Shown: positions 1 through 9,455 of the stretch, one piece after another
Position numbering within the stretch: the first letter of the stretch is position 1
Layout: each line of letters opens with the position of its first letter
Source of the DNA: a virus
Taxonomy: Duplodnaviria > Caudoviricetes
Length of the DNA: 34,627 nt
Strand: one strand, 5' to 3'
IMG/VR virus record: IMGVR_UViG_3300011335_000085
Location: 1 to 34,627 of that record
The notes under the pieces: generated by a model
What the model saw: only the letters and a program-made list of their open reading frames with translations
Database searches by the model: none
What the model was told of the DNA's origin: nothing
Made by a program: the position numbers and the translations under genes

Positions 1-127
1 GCCAACAACGGCAAGCAGATCACTGGTCTGCAAGCTATGGTGGTTGCGTCTCCATCCACCGGCGTGGTTGGCGGCATCGACCGTGCCACTTGGTCATTCT
101 GGCAAAACCAGACTTTTGACTTTTCTA
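1..127. repeat. Direct terminal repeat, copy 1 (circular assembly overlap)
   Basis: 1-127 is identical to 34501-34627; it falls inside a coding region and 127 is a typical assembler k-mer length. Confidence 0.97.
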
Positions 128-564
128 CTGATCTGGGCGTTTCTGCATCCAGCTCAAACATCCAGACCGGTTTTAACCGCCTGTATGCAAAGACAAGTCG
201 CGGCTCTGATGTAGTTGATTTGATCTTGTTGGATAACAACTTGTGGGGCTTCTTCATGTCGTCTCTGCAAAACATTCAGCGTTTCCCTGGCTCAAGCAAA
301 ATGGCTGAACTCGGCTTTGTTGCAAGCAAGTACATGAACGCTGACGTTGTTCTTGACGGTGGTATTGGCGGTAATATTCCGACATCTACCGGCTACTTCC
401 TTAATACGAAGTACATTTTCTTCCGTCCTCACGCAAATCGTAACTTTGTTCCGATTGGTGATGAGCGTATGTCTACCAACCAAGATGCCATCGTGCGCTT
501 GATCGGCTGGGCTGGCAACATGACTGCCTCGGGACTCCAGTTCCAAGGCGTAATGACTGAATAA
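1..564 (+). CDS. Major capsid protein, C-terminal part (gene starts at 34084 and crosses the junction; ~326 aa)
   Basis: Frame is continuous from ATG 34084 through 34500 into base 1 (ANNGKQITGLQAM...); follows the scaffold-like gene. Confidence 0.85.
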   Translation, partial: ANNGKQITGLQAMVVASPSTGVVGGIDRATWSFWQNQTFDFSTDLGVSASSSNIQTGFNRLYAKTSRGSDVVDLILLDNNLWGFFMSSLQNIQRFPGSSKMAELGFVASKYMNADVVLDGGIGGNIPTSTGYFLNTKYIFFRPHANRNFVPIGDERMSTNQDAIVRLIGWAGNMTASGLQFQGVMTE

Positions 565-575
565 GGAGCACAAAA

Positions 576-1109
576 ATGGCTGATTACGTCACCGATGGAA
601 AAATTGGTATTGATCTGACCGCTACTTATGCGTCCACATCTGCCGGTTCTACAACCCTGTTCCCCGTTACTCCTGGTACTCGGGTCACCACTACCAACAA
701 CGGCATTTATATGTTTGTACGTGCCGAATCCGACATTGCTGCTTATGACGCAGTGATCATGAGCACCTTTGCAGACTCAGCGAGCTTGACTCCTGTTATG
801 CGCGCTGTTCCGATCACCACGACAAACGCTGCCGCGCTGGGTTGGAATCAGGTTGGCTTTGCACAATCCGCTATTGCTTCCAGCTACTACGGCTGGGTTG
901 GCATTAACGGTATGCTCAAGGTCAGCTTGTTGATTGCTTGCAATCCTAAAGTGCCTTTGTACACCACTGCTACCGCTGGTAAACTGGATGACGCTACTGT
1001 GTCTTCTGGCTTTATCCAAGGTATCGTGGCTAATACATCTGCCACTTCTGCATCTGCACCATTCTGCATGGTCAACAATGCAGGCTTGATGACATCTAAT
1101 CCTGTCTAA
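576..1109 (+). CDS. Putative capsid decoration/cement protein
   Basis: 177 aa, Ala/Ser/Thr-rich, strong RBS (AAGGAG), lies between the capsid gene and a terminator. Confidence 0.6.
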   Translation: MADYVTDGKIGIDLTATYASTSAGSTTLFPVTPGTRVTTTNNGIYMFVRAESDIAAYDAVIMSTFADSASLTPVMRAVPITTTNAAALGWNQVGFAQSAIASSYYGWVGINGMLKVSLLIACNPKVPLYTTATAGKLDDATVSSGFIQGIVANTSATSASAPFCMVNNAGLMTSNPV

Positions 1110-1116
1110 AGCTGAT

Positions 1117-1146
1117 GCCCTCTCCCCACAAAGGAGGGGGCTTTTT
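1117..1146 (+). terminator. Intrinsic terminator after the capsid/decoration genes
   Basis: GCCCTCTCC (1117-1125) pairs with GGAGGGGGC (1133-1141), followed by TTTTT. Confidence 0.8.
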
Positions 1147-1147
1147 A

Positions 1148-2779
1148 ATGAGTTCTGTTCCCTTAAAAATAGTTGGTAAATGTGTCGCAGAAGATGAGAC
1201 ACTGTTTGCACACATGGACGCGGCGATAGCCCGAGGTTATCCACAGGTCAAGCAAGCCGAGCCAGCACATACTGGTTCTGTCCTGTTGGTGGCAAGTGCG
1301 CCAAGCGTTAGGGGTCAATTAGAGGTCATTAAAAAGTTAAAAGCCGCAGGGTCGCCCATTGTGGCGATCAAGGGAGCGCATGATTGGCTTATTGCTCATG
1401 GCGTGATTCCAGACTATGCCCTAGCCATTGACCCGCAAGAGCACAGGATTGCGTTTTACAAACCGCATAAAGATGTGCATTACATGATTGCCAGCCAGTG
1501 CCATCCAGCAATGTTTGACAATCTTGATGGGCATCAGGTCACGATATGGCATCCATACGTTAAAAAGGGGCAGACACGCCCCAAAAACTGTATGTTGATA
1601 GGTGGCGGCACAACCTCTGGCTTAAGGGCTATATCGCTGTTCTACGTCCTTGGCTATCGCCAGTTTGAGCTGTTTGGCTTTGATTCCTGTAACACCGGCA
1701 ATATGCTCAGGGTCAACGGCGAGGGTCTGAAAGACGGTGACGATTTGGTTGAGGTCAGGATTGATCCAGATGGCGAGACCTTTTACTGCAATACGGCAAT
1801 GGCCTTGCAGTCTGAGCATTTCCAAACGTATTACGACTATTTGCCAGATGCTACGTTTAACGGGCATGGGCATGGATTGATTCAAGCCATTATTAAAAAG
1901 CGCCAGCAAAACATGATGGAGCTGGGCGGCATCATTGATGTTAAGGCAAACCTAAACGACCGCACTTCATTTATCCATTGGGGCAATAAAGATGCGGCAA
2001 GCTGGCGTTATCGAGCCAAGATACCGGCGGCAGATTGGGCAAGTCTGAACGACCTGACGGCTGACACGTTGGTGTTTTCCAAGCCTCAAGCGCCTGAATT
2101 GATGGACATGGCTCGGGCAAAGGCTCGGGGCGCATGGGTGGTGGTTGATTTCTGTGATGATCATTTTGATTGGATGCACTACCAAGAGGCGCTGCGTCTG
2201 GCTGATGCGGTGACTTGTCCGACCATTGAAATGGCAAAAAGAATTAAAGAACTGGGCAAGGATGCTATTGTCATTCCTGACCCTTATGAGTACCCCGAGA
2301 TGCCACCGCACTGTAATGGGGTCAATTTGCTTTGGTATGGGCATCATGTCAACCGTGATAGCCTAAAACGCATACTGCCTGAGATTGAGGGTTATCCCTT
2401 GCGGGTAGTGTCAAACTTTGATGGTGCAATTCCTTGGTCACATGAGACCATGCTGAGTGAATTTGCCCAAGCCGATATAGTGGTGATTCCTGCCACAGCT
2501 CCTTACAAGAGCGCAAACAGGGCAATTGAGGCAATTCGCCAAGGGTGTTTTGTGGTTGCAGAGCCGCATCCAGCTTTGAAAGATTTCCCCATTTACATCG
2601 GCAACATCAAAGAGGGCATCGAATGGACAACACAACAGAACATGAACGAACTTATTTCCAAGGCGCAGAAGTTCGTGAGGGAAGAATTCTCGCCAGCAAC
2701 ACTAATCGACAAGTGGAAGACAGCTACGAAACGGCCTACAACCTTGGATGCGGCTCAAAAAAATGGGACGGTTGGATAA
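1148..2779 (+). CDS. Fusion protein: N-terminal Maf/DUF115 (MptE-like) domain plus C-terminal glycosyltransferase-like domain
   Basis: N half has GAHDWL..GVIPDY..IDP, ASQCHP, GGGTTSGLRA and FGFDSC; C half has ASWRYRA, VVDFCDDHF, ADAVTCPT, LWYGH, ADIVVIP and KSANR..EA as in GT-B-like proteins; ATG 1148 preferred because 1115 lies in the terminator. Confidence 0.7.
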   Translation: MSSVPLKIVGKCVAEDETLFAHMDAAIARGYPQVKQAEPAHTGSVLLVASAPSVRGQLEVIKKLKAAGSPIVAIKGAHDWLIAHGVIPDYALAIDPQEHRIAFYKPHKDVHYMIASQCHPAMFDNLDGHQVTIWHPYVKKGQTRPKNCMLIGGGTTSGLRAISLFYVLGYRQFELFGFDSCNTGNMLRVNGEGLKDGDDLVEVRIDPDGETFYCNTAMALQSEHFQTYYDYLPDATFNGHGHGLIQAIIKKRQQNMMELGGIIDVKANLNDRTSFIHWGNKDAASWRYRAKIPAADWASLNDLTADTLVFSKPQAPELMDMARAKARGAWVVVDFCDDHFDWMHYQEALRLADAVTCPTIEMAKRIKELGKDAIVIPDPYEYPEMPPHCNGVNLLWYGHHVNRDSLKRILPEIEGYPLRVVSNFDGAIPWSHETMLSEFAQADIVVIPATAPYKSANRAIEAIRQGCFVVAEPHPALKDFPIYIGNIKEGIEWTTQQNMNELISKAQKFVREEFSPATLIDKWKTATKRPTTLDAAQKNGTVG

Positions 2780-3225
2780 ACGTTGACCTGCATTCAGACA
2801 TTGCAGACATCCAGTGCGATCTAAGAAAACTTGAGCTAGCTACCGATTCAGCCGATGCGGTTGCCGCAATCCACGTTCTGGAACATTTCTACGAGTGGGA
2901 GGTTTACGACCTGCTGACCGAATGGAAGCGGGTTTTAAAGCCAGGCGGCAAGATGATCTTAGAGTTGCCCTGCATGGACAAGGTGTTTGCCTACGTCCAC
3001 AATTGCGTGGTTAACAAAGAGCCGCTACAGCCATTCATGACCTTAAATGCGTTATATGGTGATCCCAAGTACAAGTCTGAAGCAATGTGCCATCACTGGG
3101 GTTGGTTTCAGCGCCCATTGAGGGATATGCTGGAAACCGTAGGAATGCAGAACATTGAGTTCCATGAGCCTCGATACCATTTTCCATTTCGTGACATGAG
3201 GGTGGAATGCTTAAAGGGGTCTTAA
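2623..3225 (+). CDS. Class I SAM-dependent methyltransferase
   Basis: NLGCG motif I, INVD, CDLRKL, HVLEHF, RVLKPGG; start uncertain (ATG 2623 with AGAGGG upstream, or GTG 2713). Confidence 0.85.
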   Translation: MDNTTEHERTYFQGAEVREGRILASNTNRQVEDSYETAYNLGCGSKKWDGWINVDLHSDIADIQCDLRKLELATDSADAVAAIHVLEHFYEWEVYDLLTEWKRVLKPGGKMILELPCMDKVFAYVHNCVVNKEPLQPFMTLNALYGDPKYKSEAMCHHWGWFQRPLRDMLETVGMQNIEFHEPRYHFPFRDMRVECLKGS

Positions 3226-3944
3226 CCAACGCCGAGCGCCATGAGCAGATGTCAAAAGCAATTCATTTGCCGCTGCTCAAGAAAAAAGGCAAATTCAACA
3301 ACCGGCGCATGACCATTGCGTGTTACGGGCCAAGCCTTGCCGATACGTGGAAGCAGCTCCAGCGTCCAATAATGACGGTCTCAGGGGCGCACGACTATTT
3401 GGTGGAAAGGGGCGTAATCCCTGATTTCCATGTGGATTGTGACCCCAGACCGCACAAAGCTCAGATGCTGAAAAAGCCTCAGAAAGAAACAAAGTACCTG
3501 ATGGCCTCAGTTTGTCATCCAGACTTTTGGAAAACCCTCAAAGGAAAAAATGTTAAGGTATGGCATCTGGTGAACGGGAACGATTTTGAAACGGTGGCAT
3601 GGGTCGCCCAAAATCACCCGCAGGGAATGGAAAGCCTGATAGGGGGCGGTTCAAGCGTGGGAATGCGTGCAATGAATGTTTCGGCGGCTTTAGGGTTTCG
3701 CCGGTTTGACATCCACGGCATGGATTGTTCATTTGTAAATAACCGCCACGCAGGTGCTCATACTGGCAAAGATCAGACTAAAATCATGGTCAGAGTTGGT
3801 TTGAGAACTTTCCAAACGACACAGCAGATGCTCCAAGCAGCGATTGAAATGGAAAATTTCATAGAGACGCAGGACGCTGAAGTGGTGTTTTATGGTGATG
3901 GTCTAATGCAGGAAACTGCTTTCAAACTCAGGGAATTAGTATGA
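3207..3944 (+). CDS. Second Maf/DUF115 (MptE-like) protein
   Basis: YGPSL, GAHDYL..GVIPDF..CDP, ASVCHP, GGGSSVGMRA, HGMDCS; paralogous to the N half of 1148..2779. Confidence 0.7.
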   Translation: MLKGVLTNAERHEQMSKAIHLPLLKKKGKFNNRRMTIACYGPSLADTWKQLQRPIMTVSGAHDYLVERGVIPDFHVDCDPRPHKAQMLKKPQKETKYLMASVCHPDFWKTLKGKNVKVWHLVNGNDFETVAWVAQNHPQGMESLIGGGSSVGMRAMNVSAALGFRRFDIHGMDCSFVNNRHAGAHTGKDQTKIMVRVGLRTFQTTQQMLQAAIEMENFIETQDAEVVFYGDGLMQETAFKLRELV

Positions 3945-4531
3945 AAAACGAAGTAGCAGGTTGGACAAACGAAAGCTGGATGGAAGACAACCGAGGCAAG
4001 ATGGCGGTGTTTTTCTACACCAAGCAGGTGCAAAACTCATTTAAGACGGCGCAGGAAAACCGCCCGATCTTTGATGAAAAGATTTTCTTAAAGAAACTTG
4101 TGCCTGGTGACTCTACATTGGTGGTCGACCGTCCAATGCGTCCGACTGATGTTGAAGATTACCCAATTGAATGGGCGCGGTTTGAGCAAAAGAAAGAAAA
4201 CCGTGTCTCTGGAACTCCGTTGGATGCTTGGTCTATTTTGAGCGACACCCAAAAAGCCGAATTTAATGCTTTGCATATTTTCACAATTGACCAGTTTGCA
4301 CAGCTCCCCGACTCAGTTGGCAACAAGATCATGGGCTTTAATGATTTGCGCGACAAGGCTCGCACGTTCATTTTGGCGGCAAAAGACTCTAAGCTGATGG
4401 ACAACGTAAGGGCTGAGACTGAAAAAGTCATGCAGACTCAGGCTGCTGAAATTGCTCAGTTGCGTGAAATGATTAACGATTTGACTGCCAAAAAAGCAGG
4501 CAGACCTAAAAAAGAAACCGTAGAGGAATGA
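3941..4531 (+). CDS. Hypothetical protein in the virion operon
   Basis: 196-aa ORF overlapping the upstream stop, C-terminal coiled coil and KKAGRPKK tail. Confidence 0.7.
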   Translation: MKNEVAGWTNESWMEDNRGKMAVFFYTKQVQNSFKTAQENRPIFDEKIFLKKLVPGDSTLVVDRPMRPTDVEDYPIEWARFEQKKENRVSGTPLDAWSILSDTQKAEFNALHIFTIDQFAQLPDSVGNKIMGFNDLRDKARTFILAAKDSKLMDNVRAETEKVMQTQAAEIAQLREMINDLTAKKAGRPKKETVEE

Positions 4532-4532
4532 T

Positions 4533-5450
4533 ATGAGCTACACGTTACTGCAACTGGTTGACCAAATGTCCGCAGAGTTGGGCCTAACTCAGCCAGCGGC
4601 AGTAATCGGCTCATCAAACAATCAGACCATCCAGATTCTTGCTTTGGCTAACCGGTTGGGCAAGGATTTGGTCAGAGATTTTGAGTGGCAACGTCTGGTT
4701 CAAGCCTACATCTGGCAAACAGAGGTTGCGGTGAGCACCACGGGAAACATTACGTCTGGATCAAGGGTCATCACAAATATCCCTACCACGGCAGCGTTGG
4801 CGGTTGGTAATGTGGTTACTGGCACGGGACAGACACCGTATGCTGAGATTTTGACGATTGACAGCAGCACGCAAGTCACGCTGAATGCGCCGGTTGCTAC
4901 GTCTACATCCTCAGTGTCAATGACGTTTGCCAAACAGGATTACGACCTGCCAGGCGGGTACGACCGCATGATCTCAGATACCAACTGGGACAGGACAGAC
5001 CACTGGCGCAACCTTGGAACGAAGTCATCTCAAGATTGGCAGTTCTTGCAAGGCGGCATTATCTCCATTGGCCCACGTGAACGGTATCGGATTTACAACA
5101 ATAAATTCCGCATTTTTCAAGCATTGACCACGGTTTATAACTTCTCTTTTGAGTATGTGTCGAACTGGTGGGTATGTGCCACAGGCTCAGATCAAGGCTC
5201 AAAAGCAGCGTTTACGGCAGACACGGACACTTGTGTATTCCCTGATGACCTGATGCTTGCCGGTTTAAAGTTTTACTTCTTAAAAGCCAAAAAGCTGGAC
5301 TATGCGGTGGAGCTGGGTGAGTTCATGCGGTCGCTTTCATATTGCAAAGCACAGGATGTTCCAGTGTCTGCAATGTCTTTAGCGCCAGTGGGCATGAACC
5401 AACTGGTCGGGCCTTGGAGTGTGCAGGACGGCAACTGGCCGAGCGTTTAA
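4533..5450 (+). CDS. Putative head-tail adaptor (tail tubular protein A-like)
   Basis: Helical N-terminus (TLLQLVDQMSAELGL), YDLP..YDR motif, position before the nozzle gene. Confidence 0.65.
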   Translation: MSYTLLQLVDQMSAELGLTQPAAVIGSSNNQTIQILALANRLGKDLVRDFEWQRLVQAYIWQTEVAVSTTGNITSGSRVITNIPTTAALAVGNVVTGTGQTPYAEILTIDSSTQVTLNAPVATSTSSVSMTFAKQDYDLPGGYDRMISDTNWDRTDHWRNLGTKSSQDWQFLQGGIISIGPRERYRIYNNKFRIFQALTTVYNFSFEYVSNWWVCATGSDQGSKAAFTADTDTCVFPDDLMLAGLKFYFLKAKKLDYAVELGEFMRSLSYCKAQDVPVSAMSLAPVGMNQLVGPWSVQDGNWPSV

Positions 5451-6997
5451 TGTTAAGTTCATTTGCAAAAATACCCCGCCAGCAGTCTGCTCAGACGATA
5501 ACGGTTGCTGCGCCAATTGGTGGTTGGAACGCTCGGGATGCTTTGGGCGCTATGGATGCTTTGGATGCGGTGACCTTGCAAAACTTTTGGCCAGGCACAA
5601 ATTCTGTAATTTTGCGAAACGGGTACACCAAGCACGCTACTGGGCTGCCTGGTGTTGTTCAGACATTAATGGCATACAGCTCGGGTACAACAAATAATTT
5701 ATTTGCTGCGTCTGTTACAAGTATTTATGACGTTACTTCGCCTGGCGCTGTTGGAGCTGCGGTAGTTACTAGTTTGACAAATGCCAAGTTTCAATATATC
5801 AATATGACCACCACGGCGGGGTCTTATTTGATGTGTGTGAATGGCGCAGACAAGCTCAGAATCTACAACGGTACATCTTGGTTTAAAGATGGCGATGGAG
5901 TGCCTTACAACATTACTGGGGTGGATACGGCAACCTGTTCAAACATCACTTTGTTTAAAAATCGGGTGTGGTTGATCGAAAATAATACTTTAAAAGCGTG
6001 GTATTTACCGATTAACTCAATTGGCGGCGCTGCAACCAGTTTGGATATGTCAAGCCTTGTACAGCAGGGCGGCTACATCATGGCGGGAATGACTTGGACG
6101 CTAGATGCTGGTTACGGCATGGACGATTATTTGGCATTTATTACTTCAACCGGCGAGGTAATTGTTTGGCGCTTAACCGATCCAACGACACCATCTGGTA
6201 TTTCCATGATTGGTATTTATTCTATTGGCGCACCCATTGGGCGTAGATGCTGGACAAAATTCGGTGGAGACTTGCTGATCATCACGCAAGATGGCGTAGT
6301 GCCTATGAGTGGCTCATTGCAATCATCTAGGCTTGATCCAAGGGTGTCTATTACAAATAAGATTCAGTACGCCATGAGCGTGGCAATATCGACCTATGGG
6401 GCTAATTTTGGGTGGCAATTGTTGTATTACCCAAAAGAAAATCAATTGATTTTGAATGTGCCAATTGCAACCGGACAAGAACAGCAATATGTAATGAACA
6501 ATATTACAAAGAGCTGGTGTAATTTTACCGGCTGGGCTACAACGTGCTGGGAATTGCACCTTGATGACCCCTATTTTGGGGGCGATGGGTTTGTGGCTCA
6601 GGCATGGGATGGCAACACCGATGACGTTTCGGACATTAATGGATTTGGTTTGCAGAGCTTTCAAACATATGGCACAGCTTTGCAAAAGCAATGCAAGATG
6701 ATTCGCTATCACCTACAAACAAATGGCTTTCCATCAGTGTATGGAAACGTAAACGTAGATTACAACTTAACAGATGAATCGGCGCAACTTGGATTTTCAC
6801 CAATTTCGGCTAGTGTTTGGGATGCGGGGCTTTGGGATACCGCTTTATGGGGTGCTTCAGTTGTTCCAAGTGCTGAATGGCAAGGCGCTACAAGTATTGG
6901 ATATTCGTTTGCCCCGCTGATCAAAACAGCCACGCAGGGCATACAATTGCAGTGGGTCGCAACCGATCTGGTATTCGAGGGTGGCGGTGTCCTTTGA
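5450..6997 (+). CDS. Putative tail nozzle / packaged-DNA stabilisation protein
   Basis: 515 aa from the TAATG-coupled ATG at 5450; beta-propeller-like composition (FKNRVWLIE, FGGDLLIITQDG); podovirus gene order. Confidence 0.65.
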   Translation: MLSSFAKIPRQQSAQTITVAAPIGGWNARDALGAMDALDAVTLQNFWPGTNSVILRNGYTKHATGLPGVVQTLMAYSSGTTNNLFAASVTSIYDVTSPGAVGAAVVTSLTNAKFQYINMTTTAGSYLMCVNGADKLRIYNGTSWFKDGDGVPYNITGVDTATCSNITLFKNRVWLIENNTLKAWYLPINSIGGAATSLDMSSLVQQGGYIMAGMTWTLDAGYGMDDYLAFITSTGEVIVWRLTDPTTPSGISMIGIYSIGAPIGRRCWTKFGGDLLIITQDGVVPMSGSLQSSRLDPRVSITNKIQYAMSVAISTYGANFGWQLLYYPKENQLILNVPIATGQEQQYVMNNITKSWCNFTGWATTCWELHLDDPYFGGDGFVAQAWDGNTDDVSDINGFGLQSFQTYGTALQKQCKMIRYHLQTNGFPSVYGNVNVDYNLTDESAQLGFSPISASVWDAGLWDTALWGASVVPSAEWQGATSIGYSFAPLIKTATQGIQLQWVATDLVFEGGGVL

Positions 6998-7427
6998 GTT
7001 AATTACCGATCATTCAGCAGGTCATTGGACGGCTGAACAGACAAAAGGTAAGTATTTCGAGGCAAACAGCCAATCAATCGGATTGAAACAAAACGGCGAG
7101 TTTGTTGCCGGTGTGATTTACGAGAATTGGAATGGACGGTCAATCATTTGCCACATTGCCATTTCTGGTCGGTTGACACCGAGATACTTGGCGGTGATTT
7201 TTGACTATCCATTCAATGTTTGTGGTGTCAAAAAAATTATTGTTCCAGTAGATGCAACAAACTTAAAAAGTGTCATCTTGGTTGAGAAAATGGGGTTCAC
7301 AGAAGAAGCCCGAATCAAAGACGGCATGGCTGATGGGGACATGATTTTGTACACATTGGCAAAAGAGAATTGCAAATATTTGGGGGAACGATATGGGAAA
7401 AAGTACATCTACGCCAGCAGCACCTGA
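6981..7427 (+). CDS. GNAT-fold acetyltransferase-like protein
   Basis: VDATNLKS..LVEKMGFTEE motif; sits between nozzle and ejection genes, a usual position in podoviruses. Confidence 0.7.
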   Translation: MAVSFELITDHSAGHWTAEQTKGKYFEANSQSIGLKQNGEFVAGVIYENWNGRSIICHIAISGRLTPRYLAVIFDYPFNVCGVKKIIVPVDATNLKSVILVEKMGFTEEARIKDGMADGDMILYTLAKENCKYLGERYGKKYIYASST

Positions 7428-8472
7428 TTACACGGGTGCGGCAGTTGCCCAAGGTGCGGCAAACTTAGAATCTGCCAGAGCTACGGCAAAGCTATCCAAT
7501 CCAAATACCTACACGCCATACGGTAGTCAGACAGTAACCTACGAGGGTGACATTCCAACAGTTACTCAAACACTAACACCGACAGCGCAAAAGACTTTAG
7601 AGGCGCAGCAAGGCGTTCAATACTCACTTGCCAACCTTGGACAGCAAGGTGCAAACACTGCTAGCAATGTGCTGGATAAGCCGTTTGACTTTGGTGGCCC
7701 TGCGGTTCAGACATCGCTGGACACAAGCAATGTTGCCAAGATGCCGGTCAATGCAGGCATGACTGGGCAAGAAGCAATCATGCAGCGGCTTGAACCATCG
7801 TTGGCAAGACAGCGAGTAAGTACAGAAACTCAATTGATCAACCAAGGGTTACGACCAGGCACTGAGGCTTACAACAACGCTATCCAGCTCCTTGGACAGC
7901 AAGAAAACGATGCCAGAACACAAGCGGTTACTCAAGGTCTCAACCTTGATATTGGCGCAAATGCTCAAGGCTTTAATCAAGCGGTTCAGTCTGGTCAGTT
8001 TGGCAACACTGCACAGCAGCAGGCTTTGGCTGAAGCGATCACACAACGTCAATTGCCGCTGAATGAGATCACGGCGCTGATGTCTGGCTCACAGATTCAA
8101 AATCCTCAATTTGGTGCTTACCAAGGCGCTACGGTACAACCAGCGCCATTGTTTGCCGCAACGCAAGCCAAGGGTGCATTTGATGCAAACGCATATAACC
8201 AACAGGTTGCACAAGCTAATGCTGCTACAACAGGTATGTATTCATTGGGTGGCGCTGCATTGGGTGCGCCCACAGGTACATTCTCTGACCGCAGATTGAA
8301 ATCAAATATTGTCAGAATTGGTACTCATCCAATAGGTGTGGGAATTTACGAATACGACATTTTTGGTGGTCGTCAGATTGGCGTAATGGCGCAAGAGCTG
8401 ATGGAAGTAATGCCAGAGGCAGTACAGCAGCATTCAAGCGGTTACTTAATGGTTGATTACGGGAGACTTTGA
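7393..8472 (+). CDS. Putative ejection/pilot protein with C-terminal peptidase S74-like (intramolecular chaperone) domain
   Basis: Gln/Ala/Gly-rich body; C-terminus SDRRLKSNI...GVMAQEL..VMPEAV...GYLMVDY. Confidence 0.7.
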   Translation: MGKSTSTPAAPDYTGAAVAQGAANLESARATAKLSNPNTYTPYGSQTVTYEGDIPTVTQTLTPTAQKTLEAQQGVQYSLANLGQQGANTASNVLDKPFDFGGPAVQTSLDTSNVAKMPVNAGMTGQEAIMQRLEPSLARQRVSTETQLINQGLRPGTEAYNNAIQLLGQQENDARTQAVTQGLNLDIGANAQGFNQAVQSGQFGNTAQQQALAEAITQRQLPLNEITALMSGSQIQNPQFGAYQGATVQPAPLFAATQAKGAFDANAYNQQVAQANAATTGMYSLGGAALGAPTGTFSDRRLKSNIVRIGTHPIGVGIYEYDIFGGRQIGVMAQELMEVMPEAVQQHSSGYLMVDYGRL

Positions 8473-9455
8473 TGGCTGATATAAATTTATCCCCATTCAC
8501 CGCTGAACAGCAGGCGATCGATCGCCGCCGCAAAATGGCAGAAGCGATGCAACAACAAGCCGTTGCCCCAATTGAAATGCCAACTATGCCTGGCGTAAGG
8601 GTCAGTCCTTATGCGGGTCTTGCAAAGCTATTGCAAGGCTACATTGCTGGTAAAAATCTCAGCAGAGCAGATCAAGAACAAAAAGATTATGAAAATTTAG
8701 TATCAGAAGATCAGGCAAAATTTTTAAGAAACATGGGTCAGTATGAGACTGTGCCTGGTGAAGTAATTTCAAGGGGTACTGAAACAACATATCCTATGAA
8801 AGAAAATATCACGCCATTAAATCAAAATGTTGCCGCAGTTGATTTAAGCGCAGGAACTATGCCTGTTGCTGCGCAACCAGAACAAAGAGCTCCAGCTCGT
8901 CAAATACCTTTATTGAATGCAAGTTTGTTAGAGTCAACCAACCCTCTTGCATTTAAAACTGGACAAGGCAAACAAATGCTGGCTCAATATTTGATGCAAC
9001 AAGAAGCACAGAAGCAAGCTGCGGCTCAAGCTCAATTGGCGGCTCAACAGCAAATTCACACTGCAAAGCCAGGCGAAACAGCATTCCGACTTGATGCTAG
9101 TGGTAAACCTGTTACTGTATTGAGCACACCTGCACAACCAAAATGGGAACACACAAGCAAATTTGTAAATGGTCAAGAAGTAACCGGCTGGGTCAATACA
9201 AATGCGCCTGATATTCCTAACTCATTTGTACAAGGCGCTATCAAACCAGAAATGACAGAATCTCAACGATTAGATGCTCAATTAAAACAATATGCCGCCG
9301 ATGTTGAAGCGGCAAAATCTCTAGATGTGGGGCGCAAATCAATACAGTTTCAAGCCTTGCCAAAGGGTGTGCCAGTAGGTGCAAAACGAGTTGGAAAAAC
9401 TCCTGATGGAAAAGACGTTTATGAATTAAACGGCAAAAAATTTGTGGGGGATTAA
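8472..9455 (+). CDS. Putative internal virion/ejection protein
   Basis: Gln/Ala-rich helical ORF, TGATG-coupled, in the ejection-gene position. Confidence 0.55.
   Translation: MADINLSPFTAEQQAIDRRRKMAEAMQQQAVAPIEMPTMPGVRVSPYAGLAKLLQGYIAGKNLSRADQEQKDYENLVSEDQAKFLRNMGQYETVPGEVISRGTETTYPMKENITPLNQNVAAVDLSAGTMPVAAQPEQRAPARQIPLLNASLLESTNPLAFKTGQGKQMLAQYLMQQEAQKQAAAQAQLAAQQQIHTAKPGETAFRLDASGKPVTVLSTPAQPKWEHTSKFVNGQEVTGWVNTNAPDIPNSFVQGAIKPEMTESQRLDAQLKQYAADVEAAKSLDVGRKSIQFQALPKGVPVGAKRVGKTPDGKDVYELNGKKFVGD

Noticed and set aside
5342-5449. Extended N-termini in the ORF track (5342, also 1115, 2545, 10111, 13902, 17225)
   Set aside because: They overlap upstream genes or a terminator; downstream coupled or RBS-supported starts are more plausible
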